Shown here piece by piece: positions 38,312 through 46,901 of a stretch of 64,000 bases of DNA. Within the stretch, counting starts at the first letter, position 1. The number at the start of each line of letters is the position of its first letter. The translations under genes and the position numbers were made by a program. The stretch spans positions 142,943 to 206,942 of the forward strand of contig JBAXXP010000002.1 in the NCBI GenBank assembly GCA_037127815.1, written 5' to 3'. This DNA comes from a bacterium. GTDB taxonomy: Bacteria; Patescibacteriota; Minisyncoccia; Phycocordibacterales; CAIZLB01. The notes below the pieces were generated by a model, which was not told where the DNA came from, did not search any database, and saw nothing but the letters and a program-made list of their open reading frames with translations.

Positions 38312-38734
38312 TTATTTTAATAAGGCCTGAGATTGCACTTGATCTTTCTTTTGCTGTATACAAAAGACATCTGCTCCATTCATAAACACAACAAGGGTTC
38401 CTATAGCTATTCCCAAATCTCTGACACCAGTATCTCCATATCCAACAACCCACATAATATCTAGCATATGAAGGCCTAACAAAAGAGCTGATAATCTTGT
38501 AAATAAACCAAACATGAGCGCAAGGCCAAACACTAATTCAAAACTAGCATTTAGAAATACAAAGTTTGATGCACTTATATTGGTCATTGAAACCAAGGAT
38601 TCAGGAATATAAGCCACCCACATACTATTATGCAGGAATTGTTGCAAACTGAACCACAATATGACTGCCGCCATACCAATTCTTAATACCACAGGAGCAT
38701 AAAGCTCCAGAAAATACGTTGTTTTATTTATCAT
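38312..38734 (-). CDS. DoxX-family membrane protein
   Basis: Four transmembrane segments with a DoxX-like pattern (LRIGMAAVILWFSLQQF ... LMFGLFTRLSALLLGLHML). Confidence 0.5.
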   Translation of the reverse strand: MINKTTYFLELYAPVVLRIGMAAVILWFSLQQFLHNSMWVAYIPESLVSMTNISASNFVFLNASFELVFGLALMFGLFTRLSALLLGLHMLDIMWVVGYGDTGVRDLGIAIGTLVVFMNGADVFCIQQKKDQVQSQALLK

Positions 38735-38814
38735 AATTATTATTATACACCAGCACTATCACACCACCTATACTATTAGTACGATAGTTATTAGAAAAAC
38801 TTTCACTATAACAT

Positions 38815-38846
38815 TTGGGGTCAGGCACCATGGTGCCTGACCCCAA
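38815..38846. repeat. Copy 5 of the 32-bp palindromic element (perfect)
   Basis: Lies 10 nt after the metK stop and 81 nt upstream of the DoxX start. Confidence 0.9.
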
Positions 38847-38856
38847 ATTACAAACT

Positions 38857-39822
38857 CTATCTGTCCCACTCAAAACCTCTCCCAAAATGTCCCCAGGTAC
38901 ATGTATCCTTAAATTTTACGTCCTTGAAATTTAGATGATTATTTATTCCAGCTGGAGTTAAATCATAATCTGTAATCTCAACCTCTTTTCCATCAATAAC
39001 AGCAATAGCCATAACCGGCTCATTTTTCCCAATGGCATATGCAAGCTTCGTAAAAACCTCATTTGCATTATGTTTCTTAAGCAAATCAATTGCAATTTTA
39101 CGTGCCATGTAAGCGCCTGATCTATCAACTTTTGTATAGTCTTTTCCAGAGAATGAGCCACCACCAATTGTTATTTCTGGTCCATAATTATCAACAATCA
39201 ATTTCCTACCAGACAGTCCCGTATCTGCATCAAACCCACCTTGATCCCATTCTCCTGCTGGATTAATTAAATATTCGTCAGCTTGGATAATATCTTTTAC
39301 GATTTTCAGAAGCTCATCATTTTTTGAGTTTTGAAAACTTACGACAACTGTAGTGACTTTACCATCCTCAATTGTAACTTGAGTCTTTCCATCGTAAGGA
39401 TAAACTTCAAAAACTTTCTTACACAAATTTCTAGCCAACTCATATTCTAAAGGTAATAATGATACGGTCTCATTTGTTGCATATCCCTTCATAATCCCCT
39501 GATCTCCAGCTCCTCCAGTATCAACACCTTGTGCAATTTGAGGACTTTGTAAAACTAAATTTGATATTATTTTATATGAATCACCTACGATACCCTTTAC
39601 AATCAACTCAATATCAGGATTTGCTTTTGATGTAACTTCTCCATTTATTGTAATCAAACCATGACCACCCATCACCTCTACTGCAACTCTACTTTTTATA
39701 TCTTCTTGCATATATGCATCTAGAATACTATCTGCGATAAAATCGCAAATCTTATCTGGATGCTTTGGACTAACAAATTCTGCTGTTCTTTTCATATTTG
39801 TACGAATCGCCACAACACCCAT
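38857..39822 (-). CDS. metK: S-adenosylmethionine synthetase, short form
   Basis: FVSPKHPDKICDFIADSILDAY, RVAVEVMGGHGLITINGEVTS, GGGSFSGKDYTKVDRSGAYMARKIA (the GGGAFSGKD P-loop-like motif). Confidence 0.85.
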   Translation of the reverse strand: MGVVAIRTNMKRTAEFVSPKHPDKICDFIADSILDAYMQEDIKSRVAVEVMGGHGLITINGEVTSKANPDIELIVKGIVGDSYKIISNLVLQSPQIAQGVDTGGAGDQGIMKGYATNETVSLLPLEYELARNLCKKVFEVYPYDGKTQVTIEDGKVTTVVVSFQNSKNDELLKIVKDIIQADEYLINPAGEWDQGGFDADTGLSGRKLIVDNYGPEITIGGGSFSGKDYTKVDRSGAYMARKIAIDLLKKHNANEVFTKLAYAIGKNEPVMAIAVIDGKEVEITDYDLTPAGINNHLNFKDVKFKDTCTWGHFGRGFEWDR

Positions 39823-39849
39823 ATTATTTAAATGAGTGTAGTAGCCTAT

Positions 39850-40006
39850 TAAATTAAAAATTCCTCATAAAGAGGAAAGATAGATGACTAGTCTTATCTT
39901 TCCATAATAATGCTTTCGCACTATCTGGCTGGATTTAGCACCTACTCATTTCTGAGGGTTGCCGATGGGTCGTTGAGCCAGTTGCTCTCGCCATACTCGT
40001 GATACA
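39850..40006 (-). ncRNA. SAM-I (S-box) riboswitch with terminator, in the metK leader
   Basis: Minus-strand sequence GGCGAGAGCAACTGGCTCAACGACCCATCGGCAACCCTCAGAAATGAGTAGGTGCTAAATCCAGCCAG...AAAGCATTATTATGGAAAGATAAG. This aligns with the SAM-I consensus (GAGAGG..GGGACUGGCCCGAUGAAACCCGGCAACC.AGAAAUGGUGCCAAUUCCUGCAG...GAAAGAUGAG). It is followed by a CCTCTTTATGAGG hairpin and a U-run before the metK ATG. Confidence 0.6.
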
Positions 40007-40108
40007 ACTAATTTAGTTGTGGCTACATTGTAGCACTACTCAGTTTGCAATACAATCACGCTCTATTAATTATTTGATTAATGAGCATGATTAGGTTAAA
40101 ATTATCGT

Positions 40109-40513
40109 ATGGAAAGTCTAAAATCATTCAGTCAATTATCAGGAGGAACAGAATCAGAGCCAACTCCTGAATTACAGCAACCTGTTGAGAGAAAAGAAAA
40201 ACATATAGAGATGCTAGAAAAAATGGGTTTATCACCTGAAGATTCTGAAAAGATCCCTCCCAAGGATTTCTTTGATTTAGCGATGAATAAATGTGGATAC
40301 ATGGCTCCAAATTTTAGAGATAGTTCAAGAAGAATCATACTTATGAGTACATATCAAAAAGCATTCATAGAATACTATGGACTTAAGGGACCAAAGAAAA
40401 ATGTTGAATTCTCCAAAATTTTCGACAAAATGTATAGAGATGGAGAAATAGATTTCATACCTCATACAAAGGGCAAAGATTCGTTTTTAGCTTCACCTAT
40501 AGTTGAGGAATAG
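40109..40513 (+). CDS. Hypothetical protein, 134 aa
   Basis: Acidic ORF with no recognised family. Confidence 0.4.
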   Translation: MESLKSFSQLSGGTESEPTPELQQPVERKEKHIEMLEKMGLSPEDSEKIPPKDFFDLAMNKCGYMAPNFRDSSRRIILMSTYQKAFIEYYGLKGPKKNVEFSKIFDKMYRDGEIDFIPHTKGKDSFLASPIVEE

Positions 40514-40729
40514 AATGAGGATACTTACCAAGCTGAAATCCAGTCTTAATTCACGTATAATTTTCTCAATCGTATTATTCTTAGTATGCATGTCCCTAGA
40601 TTTCTCGGTAACTAATTTTTATATTCAAGGAAATATAAATTTGGAGGGGAATTTACTAAATATTTATTCATTTTTTATTTTATTTTTATTTATAAAAACC
40701 AATGTTATACTAATTAGTATAACATAGAT

Positions 40730-40997
40730 ATTCTCGGCTACTAAAAATTATCGTTAATTTATAAGAATCCAGAAGCTACAACAGAAGATACAAAGATTAT
40801 TTCTTAGTAAGATATTTTCGAACCTGTCATTAGGAGATGATAACATAACGCCAGAATACACATTGGCATTTAAATTTCTTACAGAATGACTACCTGTAAT
40901 AAATGATAGTTTAGAACCACAAAACTATGGCTCTAACAAAGGAAAAGAGAGCACTTTCGTGCCCTCTCATCCTGTCTTGCTCCGCGGGTAGGATTCG
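40730..40997 (+). pseudogene. Remnant 3' end of a serine-recombinase gene plus a copy of the tRNA-Asn 3'-end core: relic of an older integrated element
   Basis: 40799..40997 is about 95% identical to 50998..51195 (the recombinase C-terminal codons plus CCGCGGGTAGGATTCG). The homology decays further 5' toward 40730. No intact ORF upstream. Confidence 0.6.
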
Positions 40998-41116
40998 CCC
41001 CTCGCCCTTCGGGCTCGAAATTCGTGCCCTTATCTCGCGGAATCAGGCAAAAGAAAAAACGCCAGCTGTGCTGACGCCTTTTCTTCTGCTGCTCCGAACT
41101 TGGGGCGATGTTCGAA
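40998..41116. repeat. attP-derived arm (P'), copy A
   Basis: CCCCTCGCCCTTCGGGCTCGAAATTCGTGCCCTTATCTCGCGGAATCAGG... is homologous to the arm at 42282..42400. Confidence 0.5.
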
Positions 41117-42211
41117 TTATTGTTGTAAATTCTGAATTAATGGATTTTCAATTGTAAATATATCGCTCGCTGCATTCATACCAAGACCTGAATTTTCTAT
41201 TTGAACTTGATAAAGACCTGGTAAAATATCTGACGGTATATTCCAAGTATATGTACCTATTGATACACCCGGGTTCGGATTAAAATATGTATAATCATGT
41301 CTAGATGAATCATAAATTCCCCAACCTAACATAGCTGAAATGGTTATTACACGCATTGGACCACTCCAGTTAATTTGGACTGACTTTCCTGCTTTCCAGA
41401 CTGTTGATTTGTTTGGGGAGATTATTTTTACAGCAGAACCTCCATTTGTATTTGAAGTATTAGCAGATGTGGATACATCATCAAGCACGCTATTAGTTTT
41501 ATTAGTAAAAATAATAGTTGGAATAATCTCATCGATTCCTACGCCACCAACATTGTTCACAGCACGGCTATAACTAGAAATTTCAAGAATATTCCCTTTT
41601 GAATCCACAGGAATAAACACCATCTCTCCCCCACCACCAGATATTTCATTATGATAAATAACCTCAATCGCTTTTTTACCTCCCACAGTTATATTTCTTT
41701 TTATCACATTAGAATACTCGGGATTCTTGACCTCATTATCTACCGTTTCCTCATAAGTAAAATTTCTTCCAAGCACCTGGTTGTAACGAATACCCTCTCT
41801 AAAATCTAAACTATTAGCAAAACTAATTTCTATACCCGTACTCTGTTCACTGACCGTAGGTTGCCCCATTGTTGGTGGGTATTTAAAAGTAAAATCTATT
41901 TTATCATTAGTGTATGTTGACCAATTTTCATTTACATCATTACCCAAGGTTGGAACAACCGGAAACACATCAACTGTAGTTTTTAAAGTTTTTTTATTAA
42001 TATTGTCTGAATTTTTAATAATCGAAGATGTGGTTGATGAGGAATTATTTGTTAATTCTTTTACAGGCGAAGGATTCTCTGGCGTAGATTCTTGTTTTAT
42101 TTTATTGTTTGAAGTGTTTTGCATATAAAAATATGTTGCCACCCCAACCCCTAATAAAACTACAACCATCATCATTAGAGGAACTATAAATCCTCTTTGT
42201 GTATTTTTCAT
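41117..42211 (-). CDS. Secreted hypothetical protein (signal/TM anchor, Ser/Thr-rich linker)
   Basis: N-terminal FIVPLMMMVVVLLGVGVATYFYM; it is the only gene between the att-like copies A and B. Confidence 0.5.
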   Translation of the reverse strand: MKNTQRGFIVPLMMMVVVLLGVGVATYFYMQNTSNNKIKQESTPENPSPVKELTNNSSSTTSSIIKNSDNINKKTLKTTVDVFPVVPTLGNDVNENWSTYTNDKIDFTFKYPPTMGQPTVSEQSTGIEISFANSLDFREGIRYNQVLGRNFTYEETVDNEVKNPEYSNVIKRNITVGGKKAIEVIYHNEISGGGGEMVFIPVDSKGNILEISSYSRAVNNVGGVGIDEIIPTIIFTNKTNSVLDDVSTSANTSNTNGGSAVKIISPNKSTVWKAGKSVQINWSGPMRVITISAMLGWGIYDSSRHDYTYFNPNPGVSIGTYTWNIPSDILPGLYQVQIENSGLGMNAASDIFTIENPLIQNLQQ

Positions 42212-42266
42212 ATTACAATTGTATCAGAATCAAATATTATATACATCTTTTTATTTTCACTCTAAT

Positions 42267-42400
42267 CGCGGGTAGGATTCGCCCCTCCTCCGTCGAAATT
42301 CGTACCCTTCTCTCGCGGATCAGTTAGAAATAAAAATGCACCAGACAAGCTGGTGTTTTTTATTCTAATGCTCCGCGGACTTGATTCTGTTCGACTAGCA
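42267..42400. repeat. att-like core copy B (CGCGGGTAGGATTCG) plus a P' arm with an embedded bidirectional terminator
   Basis: The core is at 42267..42281. The arm CCCCTCCTCCGTCGAAATTCGTACCCTTCTCTCGCGGATCAG is homologous to copy A. A hairpin CACCAG-ACAAG-CTGGTG with a T6 run lies at 42339..42362. Confidence 0.5.
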
Positions 42401-42480
42401 CTCATTGAGGATGGTTTGGATGATTTAGCGAAGATTGAGAAAGTTAAAAAGAAACAGAAGTCCAATATATAATTTAATAC

Positions 42481-43473
42481 TTATTCAGGTTGGGTTGTCT
42501 CTTTCATTTTTTTGAATCTAGCTAAAGCTTCTGGTGTAACTTTTTCAACAGAACTCATACCGTCTGTTACGCTTAAATATTCTCTAAATCCACCATTTAC
42601 TCCAACTAATCCCATTTCAGATGGTTTTGCAACTTCTTTTGTAATTCTTCCCATAGGATCAGCATCCCAATCTGGTTCCTTATTAGAAGCTATTCTTCCA
42701 GCTCTTACATCACGGACGAACCATCTTTTTCCATCAGCAATTACTTCCTCTCCAACATTGAAATGTTGTCCGTTAAAAAGAAAAGCACCCTCTTTTAATT
42801 TGTCTTTATTTTCATCAGTCATGTATTTTACTTTACGACCTTCCATGCCGTCCTCCATTTCAGTGGCACGGCCATTAAAAGCTCCGACTTGCTTTGGTGG
42901 ATTCTCATCTTTACTAGATCTGTCGCTCTCCAGAGTGGAAATTTGATCCTCGAGTGTCTTAATCCTTGCTCTTTCACTTGAGATACTGGGAGGTTCTTGG
43001 GAAGAGCCCTCTTTCATTCCTAAACTACCTCGAATTGACGACAGCTTGTCTGCCGTAAACTCGATACCATTTTTAATTGTTTCAATAGCAGAAACACGTT
43101 TCAATACTTCTCCACCAATTTCTTGTTCAGACAACATCTCTTCCTTAGGTTCGGGATTTTTTTCAACATTATTTTCTAAGCCTGATTCTATAGACTCACT
43201 CCCAACAAAGGTTATGTCCTGACCATCTTCAATCTCTGCGCCATTAGCGTCATGTTTCTTTTCCTGTGGAACTGGATGATTTTTTTCAAAGGAGATCATT
43301 GTTTGTATATTATAATTATTAGTAAAGTATACAACATACAAGGAAAAAAAGAAGCCCATACCTAGGTATAAAAATAACCCCATATTAATGGGGCTATTTT
43401 CGTCGGCTCGCTTGGCAGTTCGCATTCCGAACCTTTGACTGGTCAAAAGCTGTGGGGGACATAGAAACAACAA
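42481..43473 (-). CDS. Hypothetical membrane-anchored coiled-coil protein (element cargo)
   Basis: Hydrophobic MGLFLYLGMGFFFSLYVVYF segment, then a charged coiled-coil region. The real start is probably the internal Met near 43383. Confidence 0.45.
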   Translation of the reverse strand: MLFLCPPQLLTSQRFGMRTAKRADENSPINMGLFLYLGMGFFFSLYVVYFTNNYNIQTMISFEKNHPVPQEKKHDANGAEIEDGQDITFVGSESIESGLENNVEKNPEPKEEMLSEQEIGGEVLKRVSAIETIKNGIEFTADKLSSIRGSLGMKEGSSQEPPSISSERARIKTLEDQISTLESDRSSKDENPPKQVGAFNGRATEMEDGMEGRKVKYMTDENKDKLKEGAFLFNGQHFNVGEEVIADGKRWFVRDVRAGRIASNKEPDWDADPMGRITKEVAKPSEMGLVGVNGGFREYLSVTDGMSSVEKVTPEALARFKKMKETTQPE

Positions 43474-43623
43474 ACAAAGAAATTAATCACCTGTTGTCTT
43501 TAATATAAAGATAATATCGTAAGTATCGTCTGTGGATTTTGAAAGGCTGGGAGGGGATACTCCTTTTACACTAGTCCCCGTCAGTTATAGAAAAAAAGTA
43601 GTGTTACCTATTAACTTAAGTAA

Positions 43624-44208
43624 TTATAAGTTATGCGTAGAATTCTTGATTGTTTCATTAACGATATCAGAAACAGTCTTTGTAGATACTGCCTTTCCAC
43701 AAATTGCTCTCAATTTTTGTTGACCAACTTCTCCATAAATCCATACGAAAAATACCGTGTCAGGATTATCTATAAAAGATATGTCTGCCTGTACTCCCCC
43801 ATAATCATTATCTGAGGCATCCAAAATTACAAACTTGCTTTGATAATATTTCTTACTAAAATTATTCAAACCACAATTCATATCCTTGCTTATATTCTCT
43901 AAAGCTTCTACTTCCAATCCATTATTTGTTCCATCCAAATATCCATTTAGAGCAGTACGAATTTGTTTTATGTATGGACTATTAAAAATTTCTTCTTCAG
44001 TTGGGTTTTTTCCAATTACAGGAGGGTTTTCTACCTCGAGGTTTTTTATAGCACCTTCTATTTTAGCTGGATCTACAGTCCCCTTTTGTGTTTCAGAAAC
44101 AACAGGAGCTTTAGTAGGTTGAACTTGAGACCAATACAAAACACCAGCTAAGATAACCAGAGCAGAGACGATAACTATTATGTGTTTATATTGATTTATT
44201 TTTTTCAT
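43624..44208 (-). CDS. Secreted hypothetical protein (element cargo)
   Basis: Signal/TM segment IIVIVSALVILAGVLYW; no family recognised. Confidence 0.5.
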   Translation of the reverse strand: MKKINQYKHIIVIVSALVILAGVLYWSQVQPTKAPVVSETQKGTVDPAKIEGAIKNLEVENPPVIGKNPTEEEIFNSPYIKQIRTALNGYLDGTNNGLEVEALENISKDMNCGLNNFSKKYYQSKFVILDASDNDYGGVQADISFIDNPDTVFFVWIYGEVGQQKLRAICGKAVSTKTVSDIVNETIKNSTHNL

Positions 44209-44328
44209 ATGGTTATTCTATCACACGCAACTAAAATATGTCTTAAGAAAAACAATATCAGATGGACTTTTGGATACATTATGGAATAATTAAGTAGTAA
44301 TTTAGTTATGATTTTCCAATGAAATAAT

Positions 44329-44637
44329 ATGAAAAAACACCCATCTATAAGACAAGTCAAATATGCCTACGGATTAATGAATGAAAATAAAACCAAACAG
44401 CAAATAGCCCTTGATTCTGGTTTCTCGCCAAGTACTGCCCGAGTTCCCAACTCAATCGAAAATAAGATAGGTTTTAAGCTTGCTATCGCTCAGATAGCTG
44501 GAGAGATGGAGAACGTCGCTATGAAGCTCATGTACGAGCTTGAGGTGCGTGATATGAGTAAGATGGACAACAAGACCTTACTTTACTCTCTTGATGTAAT
44601 TTCAAAGACTCACGAGCGTTTTATGGCCAAAATCTAA
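44329..44637 (+). CDS. Small HTH protein, possibly terminase-small-subunit-like or a recombination directionality factor
   Basis: The N-terminal KQQIALDSGFSPSTARVPNSIENKIGFKLAIAQ resembles the HTH of phage small-terminase / regulatory proteins. It is on the same strand as the recombinase. Confidence 0.35.
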   Translation: MKKHPSIRQVKYAYGLMNENKTKQQIALDSGFSPSTARVPNSIENKIGFKLAIAQIAGEMENVAMKLMYELEVRDMSKMDNKTLLYSLDVISKTHERFMAKI

Positions 44638-44777
44638 TAAACATAAGGAATTTCCATACTTCAACATTCAAACTCCACTTCCCTTTATATTTATTTAAAA
44701 TGTGGTAGTATTTTAGTACAACTTAATAAAAGAAGTAGCCTAAACCTATGTTGAAATATATAGGCATGGTGAAAAAA

Positions 44778-44882
44778 GTCCTGACAGACATAAAAAACCC
44801 ATCATATGGGGTGTCTGTCAGGCCGTACTGGGAAACTGGTATTGGAGAGCGCAAGCTCTCCACTCATGTGGTGGGCTTTTTG
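44778..44882 (+). ncRNA. Candidate structured small RNA or cis-regulatory leader
   Basis: An 11-bp stem CCTGACAGACA...TGTCTGTCAGG encloses a small hairpin. It is followed by GGAGAGC-GCAA-GCTCTCC (GNRA tetraloop), then CCAC-TCAT-GTGG, then GGGCTTTTTTG. The whole lies 35 nt upstream of the 44917 ATG. Confidence 0.3.
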
Positions 44883-44916
44883 CGTTCTTGATTATATTTA
44901 TTTTAAATAAAAATAC

Positions 44917-45813
44917 ATGAAAAAATATCTTTCAATTATAGTCCTACTTATAATAATAACTCCTTCGATTGCCCTAGCCTCGTGGTGGAATCCCTTCACT
45001 TGGGCATGGCTTGGTAAAACTATAAATACTCAAACTATACAGGAATTGTCAACTACAACATCATCGGTTGCAACATCAACTTATAAGAATATTCATGCAA
45101 CTACTTCAATAAATTTAATAGGTGATAAAGCTAAAAAGTCTTCAAAAACAGAAGTTCATATTCAAAAACAATCAAATGTTGAACCTTATATATCATCAGT
45201 TCAAGATCTGCCACAAAAAACTAACGAGGTAGAAAAAAGTTCCTTATTAAAACAAGATGAATCTATTAAACCATATATAGATATTAAGGTTAATGGGCAA
45301 GATGGTCCAATTACCGTAAATTTGAACTCTTACGTTACTGTTTCTTGGACATCAAAAGGTGTTCTGTCTTGTGTTTCAAATAAGAACAACAAGTCACTTT
45401 CTGGTAGTGAAATTATAAATATTAATGCACAAACAACAAACCCTTTCGTAATTAAATGTGTTTCTACCGATGGAGATAATGTGTCTGACTCAGTGTCACT
45501 AAATATCAACGGTTCAAATATTGAAAATATAGATCCTTATGGTGTAGTACCCTTGAAATCAGGCGATGTTTATACTCCAGATCAACTAAACTTAATTGAC
45601 TGTACATATCATGGAACTAACTGTAAACCAATGACCACCATTTACCAAGATGTTCAACCTGCTTCTGTTCAAAAACAAGTCTTTGATTGTTGGTCATATC
45701 AAGTAGAACAGAAAAAACTCGATGAGAGTTATGCCCAAAATGGAACCCTCTTTTCTGGTGCCAGAGCAAATGCAGATAGCGCCCTAAAAGCAAAATATGC
45801 GAGTTGTTTTTAA
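44917..45813 (+). CDS. Secreted hypothetical protein (element cargo)
   Basis: Signal peptide MKKYLSIIVLLIIITPSIALA, a Ser/Thr-rich linker, and a Cys-containing C-terminal domain. Confidence 0.5.
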   Translation: MKKYLSIIVLLIIITPSIALASWWNPFTWAWLGKTINTQTIQELSTTTSSVATSTYKNIHATTSINLIGDKAKKSSKTEVHIQKQSNVEPYISSVQDLPQKTNEVEKSSLLKQDESIKPYIDIKVNGQDGPITVNLNSYVTVSWTSKGVLSCVSNKNNKSLSGSEIININAQTTNPFVIKCVSTDGDNVSDSVSLNINGSNIENIDPYGVVPLKSGDVYTPDQLNLIDCTYHGTNCKPMTTIYQDVQPASVQKQVFDCWSYQVEQKKLDESYAQNGTLFSGARANADSALKAKYASCF

Positions 45814-45822
45814 TTCAAGTAT

Positions 45823-46533
45823 ATGAAAAAAATAATAACACCATTTATAATAGCAATTATTTTTATAACTACTGCTTACCAGTGGAATCCAGAAAATTTA
45901 AATAACCCTATTGATAAAAAGACCACAAATCAATCTGAGCAAAAACCTGTATCCGAGGCGCCTATTTCTACTACCACAAAAAATGTTCATGAGGAACCAA
46001 AAAAGATAGTCACTGAAAATACCGAAACTACGTCTATTTCAAAAACCAACACAATACCAACAAAAAATACAAAATCGAATATTGCAACTAGTACAACCGA
46101 TCCCTATGGTATTTTATCAACATCAGGTATTGCATACACCCCAGCAGAATTAAAAGCCATTGAAAGTGCTTATGCTGGAGTTTATGACCCTGCGATCAAT
46201 ACAGCCTTAAGCAAAGTTGATACTATGCAAAGAGAACGATCTGCAATTGCTGAGGCATCATTAGAATCATCATCAGGAAGAAATGTTGGTACAGTGGTTC
46301 TCTCTGAATCTGGATGTGATTATTATTTAGTTGAAACAAGTTTAGGCTATTCACTACTCGAATGGTATGGAGGTTTTGTCCAAGTAGAAGGGGGTATTAT
46401 ATATGGGAACCTAAACAGTTATGGGATGAAAGATGTCACAAACAGGAGCGGACGAAGCGGTAGAGCTTGGGTGGAGGACTACATGCTTTCAAAATCAAGA
46501 GCGATGGAAAAATATTACGATAAGTGTAATTAG
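45823..46533 (+). CDS. Secreted hypothetical protein (element cargo)
   Basis: Signal/TM segment MKKIITPFIIAIIFITTAY and a Thr/Ser/Asn-rich linker. Confidence 0.5.
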   Translation: MKKIITPFIIAIIFITTAYQWNPENLNNPIDKKTTNQSEQKPVSEAPISTTTKNVHEEPKKIVTENTETTSISKTNTIPTKNTKSNIATSTTDPYGILSTSGIAYTPAELKAIESAYAGVYDPAINTALSKVDTMQRERSAIAEASLESSSGRNVGTVVLSESGCDYYLVETSLGYSLLEWYGGFVQVEGGIIYGNLNSYGMKDVTNRSGRSGRAWVEDYMLSKSRAMEKYYDKCN

Positions 46534-46814
46534 CAAAACTTGTATTAGACAAGACTAAAATTTGACTTTTACAAATAACTTGCTAGGCTTATATAGAAGC
46601 TCTTTGCATCGTAGTAAATTTTCTGGAGAATTGATTTGTTGTATGGGACAGTTATGATCAGTCAAATTCAAAGGGAATGTTCAGAACAATATATTTAAAA
46701 TAGATAACTCCCGCCTTATGGTAAGTTATCAAGGGTAAATGTGTGAAGCTGACAATCTAATAGGTTTTTCCTATTAAGTTGTCAATTTTACATATTAACA
46801 ATCATGTAGAAAAG

Positions 46815-46841
46815 ACAACCCCCAAAGGGTTGTTTTTTGTT
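46815..46841 (+). terminator. Rho-independent terminator
   Basis: ACAACCC-CCAAA-GGGTTGT followed by a T6 run. Confidence 0.6.
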
Positions 46842-46901
46842 TAGATAGAAGCAACAAACCTATTTATTCAAAACTCCAACACTTACTTATTAATATTAAT
46901 C

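Noticed and set aside
42267-42281. Copy B as the left boundary (attL) of a single element with A unrelated
   Set aside because: Copy A carries both a recombinase-3' P arm and a P' arm homologous to B's. That is better explained by tandem integrations than by a single element. The alternative is kept in mind.
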